This document shows, in pieces, positions 48,073-58,231 of a stretch of 64,000 bases of DNA (position 1 is the stretch's first letter; each line of letters begins with the position of its first letter). The stretch is from Abditibacterium sp. (GTDB lineage: Bacteria; Armatimonadota; Abditibacteriia; Abditibacteriales; Abditibacteriaceae). The translations under genes and the position numbers were made by a program. Location of the stretch: positions 4,640,001-4,704,000 of the forward strand of contig CBDASK010000003.1 in NCBI GenBank assembly GCA_965199495.1, in the 5' to 3' direction. The notes under the pieces were generated by a model. The model had not been told where the DNA came from, searched no databases, and saw only the letters and a program-made list of their open reading frames with translations.

Positions 48073-49452
48073 TTACCAAGCTCCCGCGATGCTTTCGATT
48101 TCTTCCTTGAAATTTTTCTGAATCCGCCGCGCCTTTTCTTCCGTATCGGCTTCCAAAATCAAGCGCACGAACGGTTCGGTGCCCGAAGGCCGAACGTGAA
48201 CCCAACTGCCGTCGGGAAAGCTCATGCGCAAACCATCGTCTTCGTTGATTTCGGCGTTCTTCTCTTTCGACTTGAGCCACTGCAAAAGCTGCGGCACGCG
48301 TTCGAGCGGAAATTCGTGGACGGTTTTGAGAATCGAATAGCGCGGCAATTCTTTGTCAATTTCGCTTGACGTTTTATTTTCTTTGGCCAAAAATTCCAGC
48401 GTCAAAGCGATGGCGGCGATGCCGTCGCGGCCCAACTGCATTTCGGGCCAGATCACGCCGCCGTTGCCTTCGCCGCCAATCGCCGCGCCCACCGCGCGCA
48501 TCTTGCCCGAAACATTGGCGTCGCCAACCGGCGTGCGAAAAACTTCTTGGCCGTATTGCGCGGCGACGGTTTCGACGGCGCGCGTCGTTGATAAATTGGT
48601 CACGACCGGGCCTTGCACGCGATTTTTCAGAACGTGCGCGACACCCCACACCAGCGAATAATCTTCGCCGATGCACTCGCCCAAATCGGTGACAATCGCC
48701 ACACGGTCGGCGTCGGCGTCGTGGGCGAAACCGATGTCGGATTCGTGCATTTTGACGGCGTTGCAAAGCTGAACCAAGTTTTCGTTGAGCGGTTCGGGAT
48801 TGTGCGGAAATAATCCGGTCAATTCGCCATTGATGACTTTGACATCGCAATTGAGACGTTCCAACAGTTCGGGCGAAATCGTGCCGCCCGCGCCGCAACA
48901 GGCGTCGAGAACGACCTTGAAATTGCGCGCGCGAATCGCTTCGACATCCACTAAATCCAAAATCGCTTGCAAATGCGCTTCGATGGCATCAACGTCGTTT
49001 TCGAGCGTGCCCATGTCGCGCCATGAACCGCAATCGAAGTTTTTCTGGTTGTAAAGTTCGATCACTTCGCTGCCCTGCGCTTTGTCGAGATACATGCCCG
49101 ACGGCGCGAAAAACTTGAGCGCGTTCCACTCAACGGGATTATGCGAGGCGGTAATACAAATCGCGCCATCGGCTTTGTGGCGCGGAATCGCCAGTTGCAA
49201 AGTCGGCGTGGCGACAACGCCCAGATCAACGATGCGGCAGCCCGAAGCCATCAGGCCGGACAACACGGCGTGATACATCATTTGGCCCGAAGGACGCGTA
49301 TCACGCGCCAGCAAAACGAGCGGGCGCGGATTGGATTTTTTGAGGTAAGCGGCATAAGCCTGGACGAAATCGAGCGCCATGCCCGGCGTAAATGCCGAAC
49401 CGATGACGCCACGAATGCCCGAAACCGAAATCATTAAAGCGGGAGAACTCAT
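48073..49452 (-). CDS. Alpha-D-phosphohexomutase (phosphoglucosamine/phosphomannomutase)
   Basis: SVSGIRG, ITASHNP, DADADR, GGEGNGG, VRPSGTEP. Confidence 0.93.
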   Translation of the reverse strand: MSSPALMISVSGIRGVIGSAFTPGMALDFVQAYAAYLKKSNPRPLVLLARDTRPSGQMMYHAVLSGLMASGCRIVDLGVVATPTLQLAIPRHKADGAICITASHNPVEWNALKFFAPSGMYLDKAQGSEVIELYNQKNFDCGSWRDMGTLENDVDAIEAHLQAILDLVDVEAIRARNFKVVLDACCGAGGTISPELLERLNCDVKVINGELTGLFPHNPEPLNENLVQLCNAVKMHESDIGFAHDADADRVAIVTDLGECIGEDYSLVWGVAHVLKNRVQGPVVTNLSTTRAVETVAAQYGQEVFRTPVGDANVSGKMRAVGAAIGGEGNGGVIWPEMQLGRDGIAAIALTLEFLAKENKTSSEIDKELPRYSILKTVHEFPLERVPQLLQWLKSKEKNAEINEDDGLRMSFPDGSWVHVRPSGTEPFVRLILEADTEEKARRIQKNFKEEIESIAGAW

Positions 49453-49489
49453 GGTTTGTAAAGTGAACGCCGCCAAGTTTAACAACTGC

Positions 49490-50440
49490 CTATTCCAAGA
49501 GGTTTTTGATTTGGTGAGTTGGCACTTTTCCAACTAACCAATTGCGCAGAAATGAGCGAGCTTCGAGGAGTTCGTGTTGACTGGGTGTAAGCATCAGCCG
49601 AATCGGAGTAGAAAAGAAGTGAGACTCGACTTTCCATGAAGAACGCTGTTCTTTTTCATCTTCATTGGAACATTCCCAATCCCATCCCACTGGAACGAAA
49701 TTCTGTATAAAGATCGGCTCCCAATCTACTGGCATTGACCAAAAATCGCTTTCGTCAATTCCATCCATTATGGTTTGTTGAAACGGCGTCCAAGCATAGA
49801 AATGAAATGTTTTCTCGCTTGGTTCAATTTTAGACCCATAAGAATCTGTGGGACTTTTGTTATAGTGAATTACCGCGCACGACTGCAAAACGCTTTTCCA
49901 TTCGGCAAGCGAGCCGCGCAACCACAAGAGAGGCTGATTTTGCCGCTCTGATTCGGCCAACGAACGTTGCCACAACTGATTCATCGCAGCCGATTGCGAA
50001 GCCGCGATCGAGTTTTTTGAATCGGGCGAAGCCAAATCTGAATTCCACTTTTGACCTTTGAACTCCATCCAATCGCCACCGCACCAATCGCGCGCCCACG
50101 ATCTTCCGTTATTCGCTTGCAAAATGAGAAAAGTAGCGAATCCTTGAGGTCGTCCCATTTCGCGCGAAGTTGCCGTCAATTCACCGAAATCGCCGCACTT
50201 CACGCGGTCTTGCCAAAACTCCACTAATTCCGTTTTGCCTTCGCATGGCGTCACAACCGCGAATACCTTTTCGGGCGCATCTGCGGCGCAAAATAATGAG
50301 CGTTCGTCCCAAACTTTGATCCACTATTCGCTCTCGCGTCTGCCGATTTTGCCCTGCGTTTTGATGTGCGGCAGTGGCACGCCCGCGATCTCGAATTGCC
50401 AGAATAATTGGCCCAGTCGGTGAAGATTATCTTGTAACAT
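49490..50440 (-). pseudogene. Hypothetical protein gene with an in-frame amber stop
   Basis: Hand translation: ATG 50440 MLQDNLHRLGQLFWQFE...RRESE, TAG at 50326-50324, then WIKVWDER... continuing in frame into ORF 49490-50254. Confidence 0.6.
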
Positions 50441-50471
50441 TAGCGCGTCTCATTTTGCCATACTTGCGATC

Positions 50472-50810
50472 ATGAAACGCGCCATTGACATCAGCCACGT
50501 CGCGCCCGAACTGTTGAATCACGCGCTCGATATGAGTTTGGAATGGGGCGAAAACTGGCTCCAACCGATCAACGACCGCATCCGCGCCGCCCACCCCGAA
50601 CTGACCGCCGACGAGGCGCAAACGCTGGACAATTGGTGCATCGAGGCCAGAGAATTCGCCTACGCCGAAGTCGAGAAGTGGTATGCGCGCGAAGTCGAAG
50701 ACAAAGCCCAGCGAGCGATGGAAACCACGCGGCAGAAATATCCGCAAATTGATGAACATAATCTCTCGCATCTATATAATCAGGGCATGTATTACGCGTG
50801 GCACGGCTAA
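50472..50810 (+). CDS. Hypothetical protein
   Basis: 112 aa; ALDMSLEWGENWLQPINDRI...YNQGMYYAWHG; host-like codon usage. Confidence 0.8.
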   Translation: MKRAIDISHVAPELLNHALDMSLEWGENWLQPINDRIRAAHPELTADEAQTLDNWCIEAREFAYAEVEKWYAREVEDKAQRAMETTRQKYPQIDEHNLSHLYNQGMYYAWHG

Positions 50811-50826
50811 ACTTTCGACGAATCCC

Positions 50827-51270
50827 ATGAACATTCGCCCCGCCACGCGCGCCGATATTCCGCGCGTTTACGAACTTATCTGCGAACTCGCCGAATATGA
50901 AAACGCGCGCGAACAAGTTGAAACCACGCCCGAAATTTTGGAGCGCGACGGTTTCGGCCTCAGTCCGCTTTATTCCTTGCTCGTGGCTGATAATGGCAGC
51001 CACGTCGTTGGGATGGCGCTTTGTTATTTTCGTTATTCGACGTGGAAAGGCAAACGCTTGTATCTCGAAGATTTGATCGTGACCGAAGCGGCGCGCGGCC
51101 AAGGCGTTGGTAAAGCGTTGCTTAACGCGACGATAGCCTTGGCGCGGCAAACCGATTGTTCGGGTTTGATGTGGCAGGTTTTGGATTGGAATGAAAGCGC
51201 GATCCGGTTTTATGAAAAATTCGGCGTGCGCATGGAGACCGAGTGGAACACGGTTCATCTCGATTTTTAA
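50827..51270 (+). CDS. GNAT N-acetyltransferase (SSAT-like)
   Basis: IRPATRAD, ELAEYE, YSTWKG.RLYLEDLIV, RGQGVG, VLDWNESAIRFY. Confidence 0.93.
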   Translation: MNIRPATRADIPRVYELICELAEYENAREQVETTPEILERDGFGLSPLYSLLVADNGSHVVGMALCYFRYSTWKGKRLYLEDLIVTEAARGQGVGKALLNATIALARQTDCSGLMWQVLDWNESAIRFYEKFGVRMETEWNTVHLDF

Positions 51271-51464
51271 AAGTCTGAGAGGGCACGTTCATCAACCTTT
51301 TACCCAAACGAAATTTAAACGAAATAATTGAGAAACGGAAGCGCAATTTCCGCTACCTAAGCTGAATCCCATGCGCAGGATGCCAGCCTGTTTTTCAGGC
51401 CATCGGGCACCGCGTCGCTTCGTAACCCTTTGCGGTTCGGATCGTTCTTCGGAACTTCATCACT

Positions 51465-53231
51465 ATGCGACTTCTCTCTTCTCGTTCGCGCCCCGCCATG
51501 CTGGGGCTACTACTGACCCTCACCGTTGGTGGCGCGATGCTTCCCGCCACCAATACGGGTCTTCCCAACCCGTTGGGGGCGCGCATCGCGCTCGCCCAAG
51601 ACGCGCCCGCTCCGGCGCCCGCTCCGGCGCCCACCGCCGAAGCGCCCGCAGCGGCGCCCGTTGGCGACGCCGCCTCTGATTCAACCGGAACGATGGCCGA
51701 CATGGCCGATGCCAAAGGCAGCGTTTCCGAAGATCAAATGAAATCCATCAAGGCCGCCGGGCCGGGCGTTTCGTTCATGGCCGACGCCATCGGCCAAAAC
51801 CGCACCGGCATCAACATGGTCTGGCTTTTGGTCACCGGCTTTCTCGTCATGTTCATGCAGGCGGGTTTCGCCTTGGTCGAGACCGGTTTCACGCGCGCCA
51901 AAAACGCCGCGCACACCATGATGATGAACTTCGGCTGCTACTTTTTGGGCATCACCGGATTCTGGATTTGCGGTTTCGCTTTGATGTATGGCAATGCCGG
52001 GCCAATCGGCAACGTCGGCGGCACGCCGGGCATTACGGATACCGGCGCGTTCGGCCATTTCATGGGCGGCAGCTTGTTCGCGACACACGGTTTCTTTCTG
52101 GCGGGCAACGCCTACGATACCGGCACCTACGCGATGTTTTTGTTCCAGATGGTTTTCATGGACACCGCCGTCACGATTGTGACCGGCTCGATGTGCGAAC
52201 GCTGGAAGTTTTCGTCGTTCATCGTTTACGCGTTCTTCATGTCGTGCGTGCTTTATCCGTTGTTTGGCCACTGGGCGTGGGGCGGTGGCTGGTTGTCGCA
52301 GTTGGGCAAAAATTACGGCATCGGCAACGGTTATGTGGACTTTGCCGGATCGGGCGTGGTTCACGCGGTCGGCGGATTGTGCGCCTTGGCGGGTGCGATG
52401 GTGCTTGGCCCGCGCATCGGCAAATACAACAAAGACGGCTCGGCCAACGCGTTCGCCGGTCACGATATTCCCATCGCGATTCTGGGCGTTATTATTCTGG
52501 GCTTCGGCTGGTTCGGCTTCAACCCCGGCTCGACCTTTGGCGCGAGTGGCGCTGGCAACCTGCGCATCGGCATCGTGGCCACCACGACGATGTTGGCCGG
52601 AGCGGGCGGCGCGATTTCTTCGATGTTGTATGCCTACGCCAAGGTCAAAAAATGCGATGTCGGCATGGTTTGTAACGGCTTTTTGGGCGGCTTGGTCGCC
52701 ATCACGGCGCCTTCGGCGTTTGTTTCGGGCACGGTCGGTTTCGGCATCGGTCTCATCGCGGGCATCTTGATCTGCGTCGCGATGGAAATGTTCGATAAGT
52801 TCCACTTGGATGATCCGGTCGGCGCCTGTTCGGTTCACGGCGTTGGCGGTTTATTCGGCGTGTTGTGCGTCGGCCTGTTCTCCGATGGAACTTATGGCGG
52901 CGGCTGGAACGGCGTGACGGCGGCGCCCAAAGGCTTGCTGATGGGCGGCGGATTCGGCCAACTCGAAGCGCAAATCATCGGTTGCGTCGTTTTGATCGTG
53001 TGGGCGTTTGGCTTCTCCTATCTGTTCTTCAAAGTGCAGGACGCGGTCATGGGTCTGCGCGTGCGCCCCGAAGAAGAGTTGGCCGGATTGGATATGCCCG
53101 AAATGGGCATTCTGGCCTACCCGACGTTCCCGACCGAAACCGCCTACGAAAGCGGCACGATTTATGGCCAGCCCGTTTACGTCAACGGCAACGGCGTGGC
53201 TGCGGGTCAGGCACACGGACAGCCGGTTTAA
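51465..53231 (+). CDS. amtB: Ammonium transporter with long exported N-terminal extension
   Basis: LVMFMQAGFALVETG, FQMVF, DFAGSGVVH, GWFGFNPGS, DDPVGACSVHG. Confidence 0.95.
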   Translation: MRLLSSRSRPAMLGLLLTLTVGGAMLPATNTGLPNPLGARIALAQDAPAPAPAPAPTAEAPAAAPVGDAASDSTGTMADMADAKGSVSEDQMKSIKAAGPGVSFMADAIGQNRTGINMVWLLVTGFLVMFMQAGFALVETGFTRAKNAAHTMMMNFGCYFLGITGFWICGFALMYGNAGPIGNVGGTPGITDTGAFGHFMGGSLFATHGFFLAGNAYDTGTYAMFLFQMVFMDTAVTIVTGSMCERWKFSSFIVYAFFMSCVLYPLFGHWAWGGGWLSQLGKNYGIGNGYVDFAGSGVVHAVGGLCALAGAMVLGPRIGKYNKDGSANAFAGHDIPIAILGVIILGFGWFGFNPGSTFGASGAGNLRIGIVATTTMLAGAGGAISSMLYAYAKVKKCDVGMVCNGFLGGLVAITAPSAFVSGTVGFGIGLIAGILICVAMEMFDKFHLDDPVGACSVHGVGGLFGVLCVGLFSDGTYGGGWNGVTAAPKGLLMGGGFGQLEAQIIGCVVLIVWAFGFSYLFFKVQDAVMGLRVRPEEELAGLDMPEMGILAYPTFPTETAYESGTIYGQPVYVNGNGVAAGQAHGQPV

Positions 53232-53245
53232 GAAAATCATAACTC

Positions 53246-53284
53246 AAAAAGCGCCGCTCGATTGGATTCGAGCGGCGCTTTTTT
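53246..53284 (+). terminator. Intrinsic terminator
   Basis: AAAAAGCGCCGCTCGA-loop-TCGAGCGGCGCTTTTTT. Confidence 0.8.
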
Positions 53285-53305
53285 GTTGGCGGTAAAATTT
53301 ATCGG

Positions 53306-53968
53306 ATGGAAAATTATGAAATTCCCAATTATTCCTCGCGCAAAGCCGCGCTAATCGAAGAAATCATCGCCGCATTCGATGGCGTTTCGCGCAAGGGCGG
53401 CGTTTCGATGAGCGAGGCCGCAGTGATTGACGATTATGGCGACGTCGGGGAGCGCTATATGGCGCGGCAAGAAGACAAAGATACGCGTTGGGAAGAAATC
53501 ACCATCGAGCAGTTGGAGAATGGTTGGGAGCTTATCTTTTTAGATGCGATTGGTTTCCGTTATTACCTGCCCGCCTGTTTGCTCTATGCTTTACATCAAG
53601 CGGCTACAACGTGGGAAGAGCATTATAATAGCGCGAGATTCGCTCAACATAATCACAGCTTGCTCATTTTCACACTCACATCGGAAGAAACCGAAGATTA
53701 TCATTCGGCTATTTTCGAGATATTCACACCCGCACAAAGCCGCGCCATCGCGCATTATCTTCAACTCGACGCCGAACGCACCGATGTCATTTTGAGAGAA
53801 CAAGCGGAACGTGAGGCAAGAGAAGAAGCAGAATATCAGGCATCCCTACCAGAAGAGGAAAGGGAGAATCCGCAAGAACTCGGCGCCGACGAGTGGAAAG
53901 AATTTGCTCGCCAACCCTCCAACAAATCTCGCTACGCGTTGGAAAATTACTGGCATCGTTTTTTGTAA
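53306..53968 (+). CDS. DUF6714-like hypothetical protein
   Basis: EEIIAAFDGV.R.GGVS, FLDAIGFRYYLPA, FTPAQSRAI. Confidence 0.7.
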   Translation: MENYEIPNYSSRKAALIEEIIAAFDGVSRKGGVSMSEAAVIDDYGDVGERYMARQEDKDTRWEEITIEQLENGWELIFLDAIGFRYYLPACLLYALHQAATTWEEHYNSARFAQHNHSLLIFTLTSEETEDYHSAIFEIFTPAQSRAIAHYLQLDAERTDVILREQAEREAREEAEYQASLPEEERENPQELGADEWKEFARQPSNKSRYALENYWHRFL

Positions 53969-53987
53969 AATCAATGGGGAGCAAACT

Positions 53988-54584
53988 ATGATCGCATTTG
54001 AAATTCATTTGAACGGCGAAAAACTCTGCGTTGCGGGCATCGGCGAACGCGGCGTTTTGTCGCAACATCTGTCGTGGGTCGGACGCGAACTCAAAGCGAA
54101 GGATGTCGAACTCAAGACCATCGAACCTTACTTACACATCGGCGGTTTGGTCAACGACCAGCATGTGAGTTGGATCAAACAAAGGACGCTCGATGTCGGC
54201 GATGAAGTCGTCATTAAAATCGTCGAAGTCGAAGTCGCCGACGAACCAACGAACCGCGAGCCACGCGAAAGCGACGAAGAACGCGCGCGCAAAGTGCGCG
54301 ATGGATTGGACGCCACCAAAGCGTTGCTGCCGTCGCCTTTGGTCGAGGGTGAATTCCTGGCGAGCCTGCGCGAATACGAACAACTGTTGGCGGCGTATGA
54401 ACCGGAAATGAGCGTGAAAGTTCTGGCAAACTTGGGCGATTTGAACAATTGCGCGCCCGAATTTTGGGAATCGTTGGAATTTGTCGCGTCGGAATTGCAG
54501 ATGTATCAACCGCTCGATAGTTACCGCGCAAAAGCAAAACGGATTGAGGAATTGGAAGCTGACGCGTCCTCAACATCGCTATGA
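53988..54584 (+). CDS. Hypothetical protein
   Basis: GGGGAG RBS, ATG 53988; overlaps next gene by ATGA. Confidence 0.75.
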   Translation: MIAFEIHLNGEKLCVAGIGERGVLSQHLSWVGRELKAKDVELKTIEPYLHIGGLVNDQHVSWIKQRTLDVGDEVVIKIVEVEVADEPTNREPRESDEERARKVRDGLDATKALLPSPLVEGEFLASLREYEQLLAAYEPEMSVKVLANLGDLNNCAPEFWESLEFVASELQMYQPLDSYRAKAKRIEELEADASSTSL

Positions 54585-55054
54585 TTCGCGTGCTTTTTGT
54601 CTGCCTCGCCAACGTCTGCCGTTCGCCGATGGCCGAAGCGGTTTTTGCCCAATTGGTCAAAGAGGCCGATTTGCAAAATTTCATTCAAGCCGATTCTGCG
54701 GGCACCGCCGATTGGGAAATGGGTTCGGCGGCGCATCCCGGAACGCTCGATGTTTTGGAGCAACACGGCATCGAATATGACGGCCAAAGTCGCGCGTTGA
54801 AAAAAGCGGATTTGAACGAATTCGATTACATTCTCACGATGGACGAGGACAATTTGCGCGCCGTGCGTAAATTGGGAGGAAGTCAAGCGATGGTGGCGCC
54901 GCTTTTGAGTTTTGTGGCCGATACCGATTTGCGAGAAATTCCCGATCCTTATTTTGACAACGGCTTCGAGATCGTTTATTTGATGGTCTTCGCGGGCGCT
55001 CAAGGTTTATTGAGCGATATTATCGAACGGCATCAACTCAGCGTTAGCCGTTAG
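54581..55054 (+). CDS. Low molecular weight protein-tyrosine phosphatase
   Basis: VCLANVCRSPMAE P-loop, DSAGT, IPDPY. Confidence 0.94.
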   Translation: MIRVLFVCLANVCRSPMAEAVFAQLVKEADLQNFIQADSAGTADWEMGSAAHPGTLDVLEQHGIEYDGQSRALKKADLNEFDYILTMDEDNLRAVRKLGGSQAMVAPLLSFVADTDLREIPDPYFDNGFEIVYLMVFAGAQGLLSDIIERHQLSVSR

Positions 55055-55124
55055 AAAATCGCGTTTCCAAACGCTAACAATTCTCTGCGCGACAAAGCCG
55101 CGCGCGAAAGTCAAACTATCGCCG

Positions 55125-56072
55125 ATGATTCGATTATTTCCGCGCGCGTTGGCGCCACTTGGTTGTTTGCTCGTTCTAAATAGCGGTTGCGCGCGCGCCC
55201 AAGAAACCGTAGTGCCAACAGCAGCCACGCCCGCCGTGGCTGTTAGGCGCGATGTTCCGAAAGAACCGGTTGAGCGCGCCAAATTGCAAGATAAATCGAT
55301 TGATGAACTGTCGGGTTTGGCGGCGTCGCGGCGCTATCCGGGATTGTTGTGGGGACACAACGATTCGGGCGATACGGCGCGCATTTTCGCGATTAACCAA
55401 AAGGGCGAAACCGTGGCGACGGTGAATTTTCCCGGTCTCGAAGCGCGCGATTGGGAAGATATTGACATCGCGGGCGGCTGGATTTACGTCGCCGAAATTG
55501 GCGATAATTTTGGCGTGAACGAGAACATCCGTGTTTATCGAACGCACGAACCGGATTTGAATCCCGACAAATTGGGGCAAGATATCGACCTCAAGGCCGG
55601 TTCGTGGGAAGAGATGACGCTGCACTATCCCGGCGGCGCGCGCGATGCCGAATCGTTGGTCGCCACGCCCGACGGGCATTTGCTGATTATCTCCAAAGAT
55701 AAAAAAGGCTCGAACTTTTACACGCTCAAACGCCCGTGGAGCAACGGGCAAGTCGCGACGTTAGACAAGATTTTTGATGACGTCCAAATCGGCGAAACCG
55801 GCTGGCTCACGCGTTTGGTCACGGGCGCCGATTTGTCGCCCGACGGGCGCGAATTGACGTTGGTGACTTATGCGCAACTCTGGCAATACGATTTGGCCCG
55901 CCCCTATAATTTCGCTTCGATTCAAATCAACGCGCCGCGCAAACGCGATTTGCCGCCGCTCAAACAGTGCGAAAGCGTTTGCTATAGCGCCGACGGCCAA
56001 AGTCTGTGGGTTTCGAGCGAAGGCAAAAAGGCGCCGTTATGGGAATTGCCCGTCGCAGACGGCGAAAAGTAG
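55125..56072 (+). CDS. Exported beta-propeller-like hypothetical protein
   Basis: Signal peptide; DELSGLAAS, WGHNDSG, DWEDI, EIGDN, DAESL, QCESV, SSEG. Confidence 0.8.
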   Translation: MIRLFPRALAPLGCLLVLNSGCARAQETVVPTAATPAVAVRRDVPKEPVERAKLQDKSIDELSGLAASRRYPGLLWGHNDSGDTARIFAINQKGETVATVNFPGLEARDWEDIDIAGGWIYVAEIGDNFGVNENIRVYRTHEPDLNPDKLGQDIDLKAGSWEEMTLHYPGGARDAESLVATPDGHLLIISKDKKGSNFYTLKRPWSNGQVATLDKIFDDVQIGETGWLTRLVTGADLSPDGRELTLVTYAQLWQYDLARPYNFASIQINAPRKRDLPPLKQCESVCYSADGQSLWVSSEGKKAPLWELPVADGEK

Positions 56073-56323
56073 ACGCCGCAGAGTTGGCTTTTGCCGTCCC
56101 TAATACCCCGATTTCTTCGAGGTGTTTCTATTAAATCGCTCATTCCTTCCTTGTTTAATGCGCTGGTCGCGAAACATGGATTTAACATAAGCGCAAGAAA
56201 CGCGCAACAACTTCCGCCTAAAATTCTCTGCGTCTATTAGGACGACTGCCGGCCAATACGTCGGAGTTGTTTCCAAGCGGTGTGAGTTTTCTCAGAAAAA
56301 CTCGCGTTATTTCAGGAGAATTT

Positions 56324-57796
56324 GTGACAGAGAAATTAACTCAATTTTGGGCCTCGCCCACTCTACGAACTTCGACCAGCGACTTTGCGGGCAACTTGGG
56401 TCGCGTGGCCTTGCGCCTAATGCTGCCGGTGCTTTTAATAGCGATCGTCGGATTGGCCAGTGGTCATCACGCCTGGGCGCAAGACGTGCCGGGCATTGAC
56501 GGCAATCCCGCCGCCGCCGAACCAACGGCTCCGGCGCCCAAAGTCGAAATTGGCATCGGCGATACCGCGTGGATGTTGGTCAGTTGCGCGCTCGTTTTGC
56601 TGATGACGCCCGGCCTGGCCTTCTTTTATGGCGGTTTGGTGCGCAGCAAAAACATGCTCAACACCATTATGATGTCGTTTAGCGCGATGGCACTGATGGG
56701 CGTGTTGTGGATTTTCTTCGGCTACTCGATTGCCTTTGGCAACGGTGGCTCGCTCAACAATTTCGTTGGCGGCGCGCAGCATCTCTTCTTTAGCGGAGTC
56801 GGTCTGGATAACGCGGATAAGGGCTTGAAAATCCCCGATATGTTGTTCGCGATTTTTCAGGGCATGTTCTTTATTATCACGCCCGCGCTGATTTCGGGTT
56901 CGTTGGTCGAGCGCATGAAGTTTTCGACGTTCTTTATTTTCATGGCGATCTGGGGCTTAGTGGTTTACGCTCCGGTTGCGCATTGGGTTTGGGGCGGCGG
57001 CTGGATGGGCCAAATGGGCATCATGGATTTCGCGGGCGGCGCGGTCGTTCACGTCAACGCCGGGTTTGCGGCTTTGGCAGCCACGCTGGCGATTGGCACG
57101 CGCAAAGGCTATAACAAGCGCCCGATGATTCCGCACAACCTGCCCTTCTGTTTGCTGGGCGTTGGATTGTTGTGGTTCGGTTGGTTCGGATTTAATGGCG
57201 GCTCGGCGTTGGACGGCAGCGGTCTGGCGGTTCTGGCGTTCACCAACACGCAAATCGGCGCGGCGGCGGCGATGCTGACGTGGATGATTATTGACCAGAT
57301 CACGCGCAAAGAGATGACGGCGCTGGGCGCGGGCACGGGCGCCGTGGCTGGGTTGGTCGGCATCACTCCGGCGTGCGGCTTCGTGACGCCGATGGGCGCG
57401 GTTTTCGTGGGCGCCATCACGGCGTGCGTCTGCTACTTCATGGCGACCCTACGCGCTCGCGGCCCGGTTGACGATTCGCTCGACGCCTTCGCCGTTCACG
57501 GCGTCGGCGGCTTCACCGGCGCGGTTTTGACCGGCGTGTTCGCGTCGGGCGCGCTGAAAACGACGGGCATCAACGCTCTGGCGTTGCCCGGCTTGCTCGA
57601 AGGCGGCATCGGCGTGTTCATCAACCAGTTTTGGACGACGGCTGTTGTGGCGCTTTATTCGTTCACCGCCAGCTTCATCATCGTGAAAATCGCGGCGGCC
57701 CTGACCGGCAGCGCGCGCGTCAGCGAAGAAGACGAAGAGCGCGGTCTGGACACCACGCAACACGGCGAAGAGGCGTATGCCGCCGAAATCGCATAA
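56324..57796 (+). CDS. amtB: Ammonium transporter (second paralogue)
   Basis: AGGAG then GTG 56324; DTAWML, LMTPGLAFFYGG, DFAGGAVVH, WFGWFGFNGGS, DDSLDAFAVHG. Confidence 0.95.
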   Translation: MTEKLTQFWASPTLRTSTSDFAGNLGRVALRLMLPVLLIAIVGLASGHHAWAQDVPGIDGNPAAAEPTAPAPKVEIGIGDTAWMLVSCALVLLMTPGLAFFYGGLVRSKNMLNTIMMSFSAMALMGVLWIFFGYSIAFGNGGSLNNFVGGAQHLFFSGVGLDNADKGLKIPDMLFAIFQGMFFIITPALISGSLVERMKFSTFFIFMAIWGLVVYAPVAHWVWGGGWMGQMGIMDFAGGAVVHVNAGFAALAATLAIGTRKGYNKRPMIPHNLPFCLLGVGLLWFGWFGFNGGSALDGSGLAVLAFTNTQIGAAAAMLTWMIIDQITRKEMTALGAGTGAVAGLVGITPACGFVTPMGAVFVGAITACVCYFMATLRARGPVDDSLDAFAVHGVGGFTGAVLTGVFASGALKTTGINALALPGLLEGGIGVFINQFWTTAVVALYSFTASFIIVKIAAALTGSARVSEEDEERGLDTTQHGEEAYAAEIA

Positions 57797-57810
57797 GGTT
57801 TTTCTTCGAG

Positions 57811-57845
57811 AAAACGGCTCCGATTCGTCGGGGCCGTTTTGTTTT
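57811..57845 (+). terminator. Intrinsic terminator
   Basis: AAAACGGCTCCGA-ttcg-TCGGGGCCGTTTT. Confidence 0.75.
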
Positions 57846-57967
57846 GTGGTCGCGATTCTGTTAAAATCGAACTGGAACAAAACGTAAACTCGCGCTCAAT
57901 TCGCCGATGCAGCCCTTTCGCTGTTCTCTCGCCCGCTTCGCCGCTGGCGCTATAACCACTATAGAAT

Positions 57968-58057
57968 TTACGCAAAAACAGAACCCGGAGCGGAAGCGAC
58001 GCGGCTTTCGCGTTCAAGAGCCGCGTCGCTTCCGCTCCGGGTTCTGTTTTTGCGTAA
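57968..58057. repeat. Inverted repeat, family E
   Basis: Perfect 39-bp arms 57968-58006 and 58019-58057. Confidence 0.9.
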
Positions 58058-58231
58058 GTCCTACACTATTAAACTGGATGTGAGCGTGAGCCAATTGCTG
58101 AAAGCCGGGCAAACACTCGGCAACGTCGATTTGACGGGCTGGTCAACCGGGCCGCATTCGCACATTGAAGTGCGCAAAGCGAGCCGACAGTTGCCTCATC
58201 GCAGTTCGTGAGATAAATAGGAGCGACAAAA

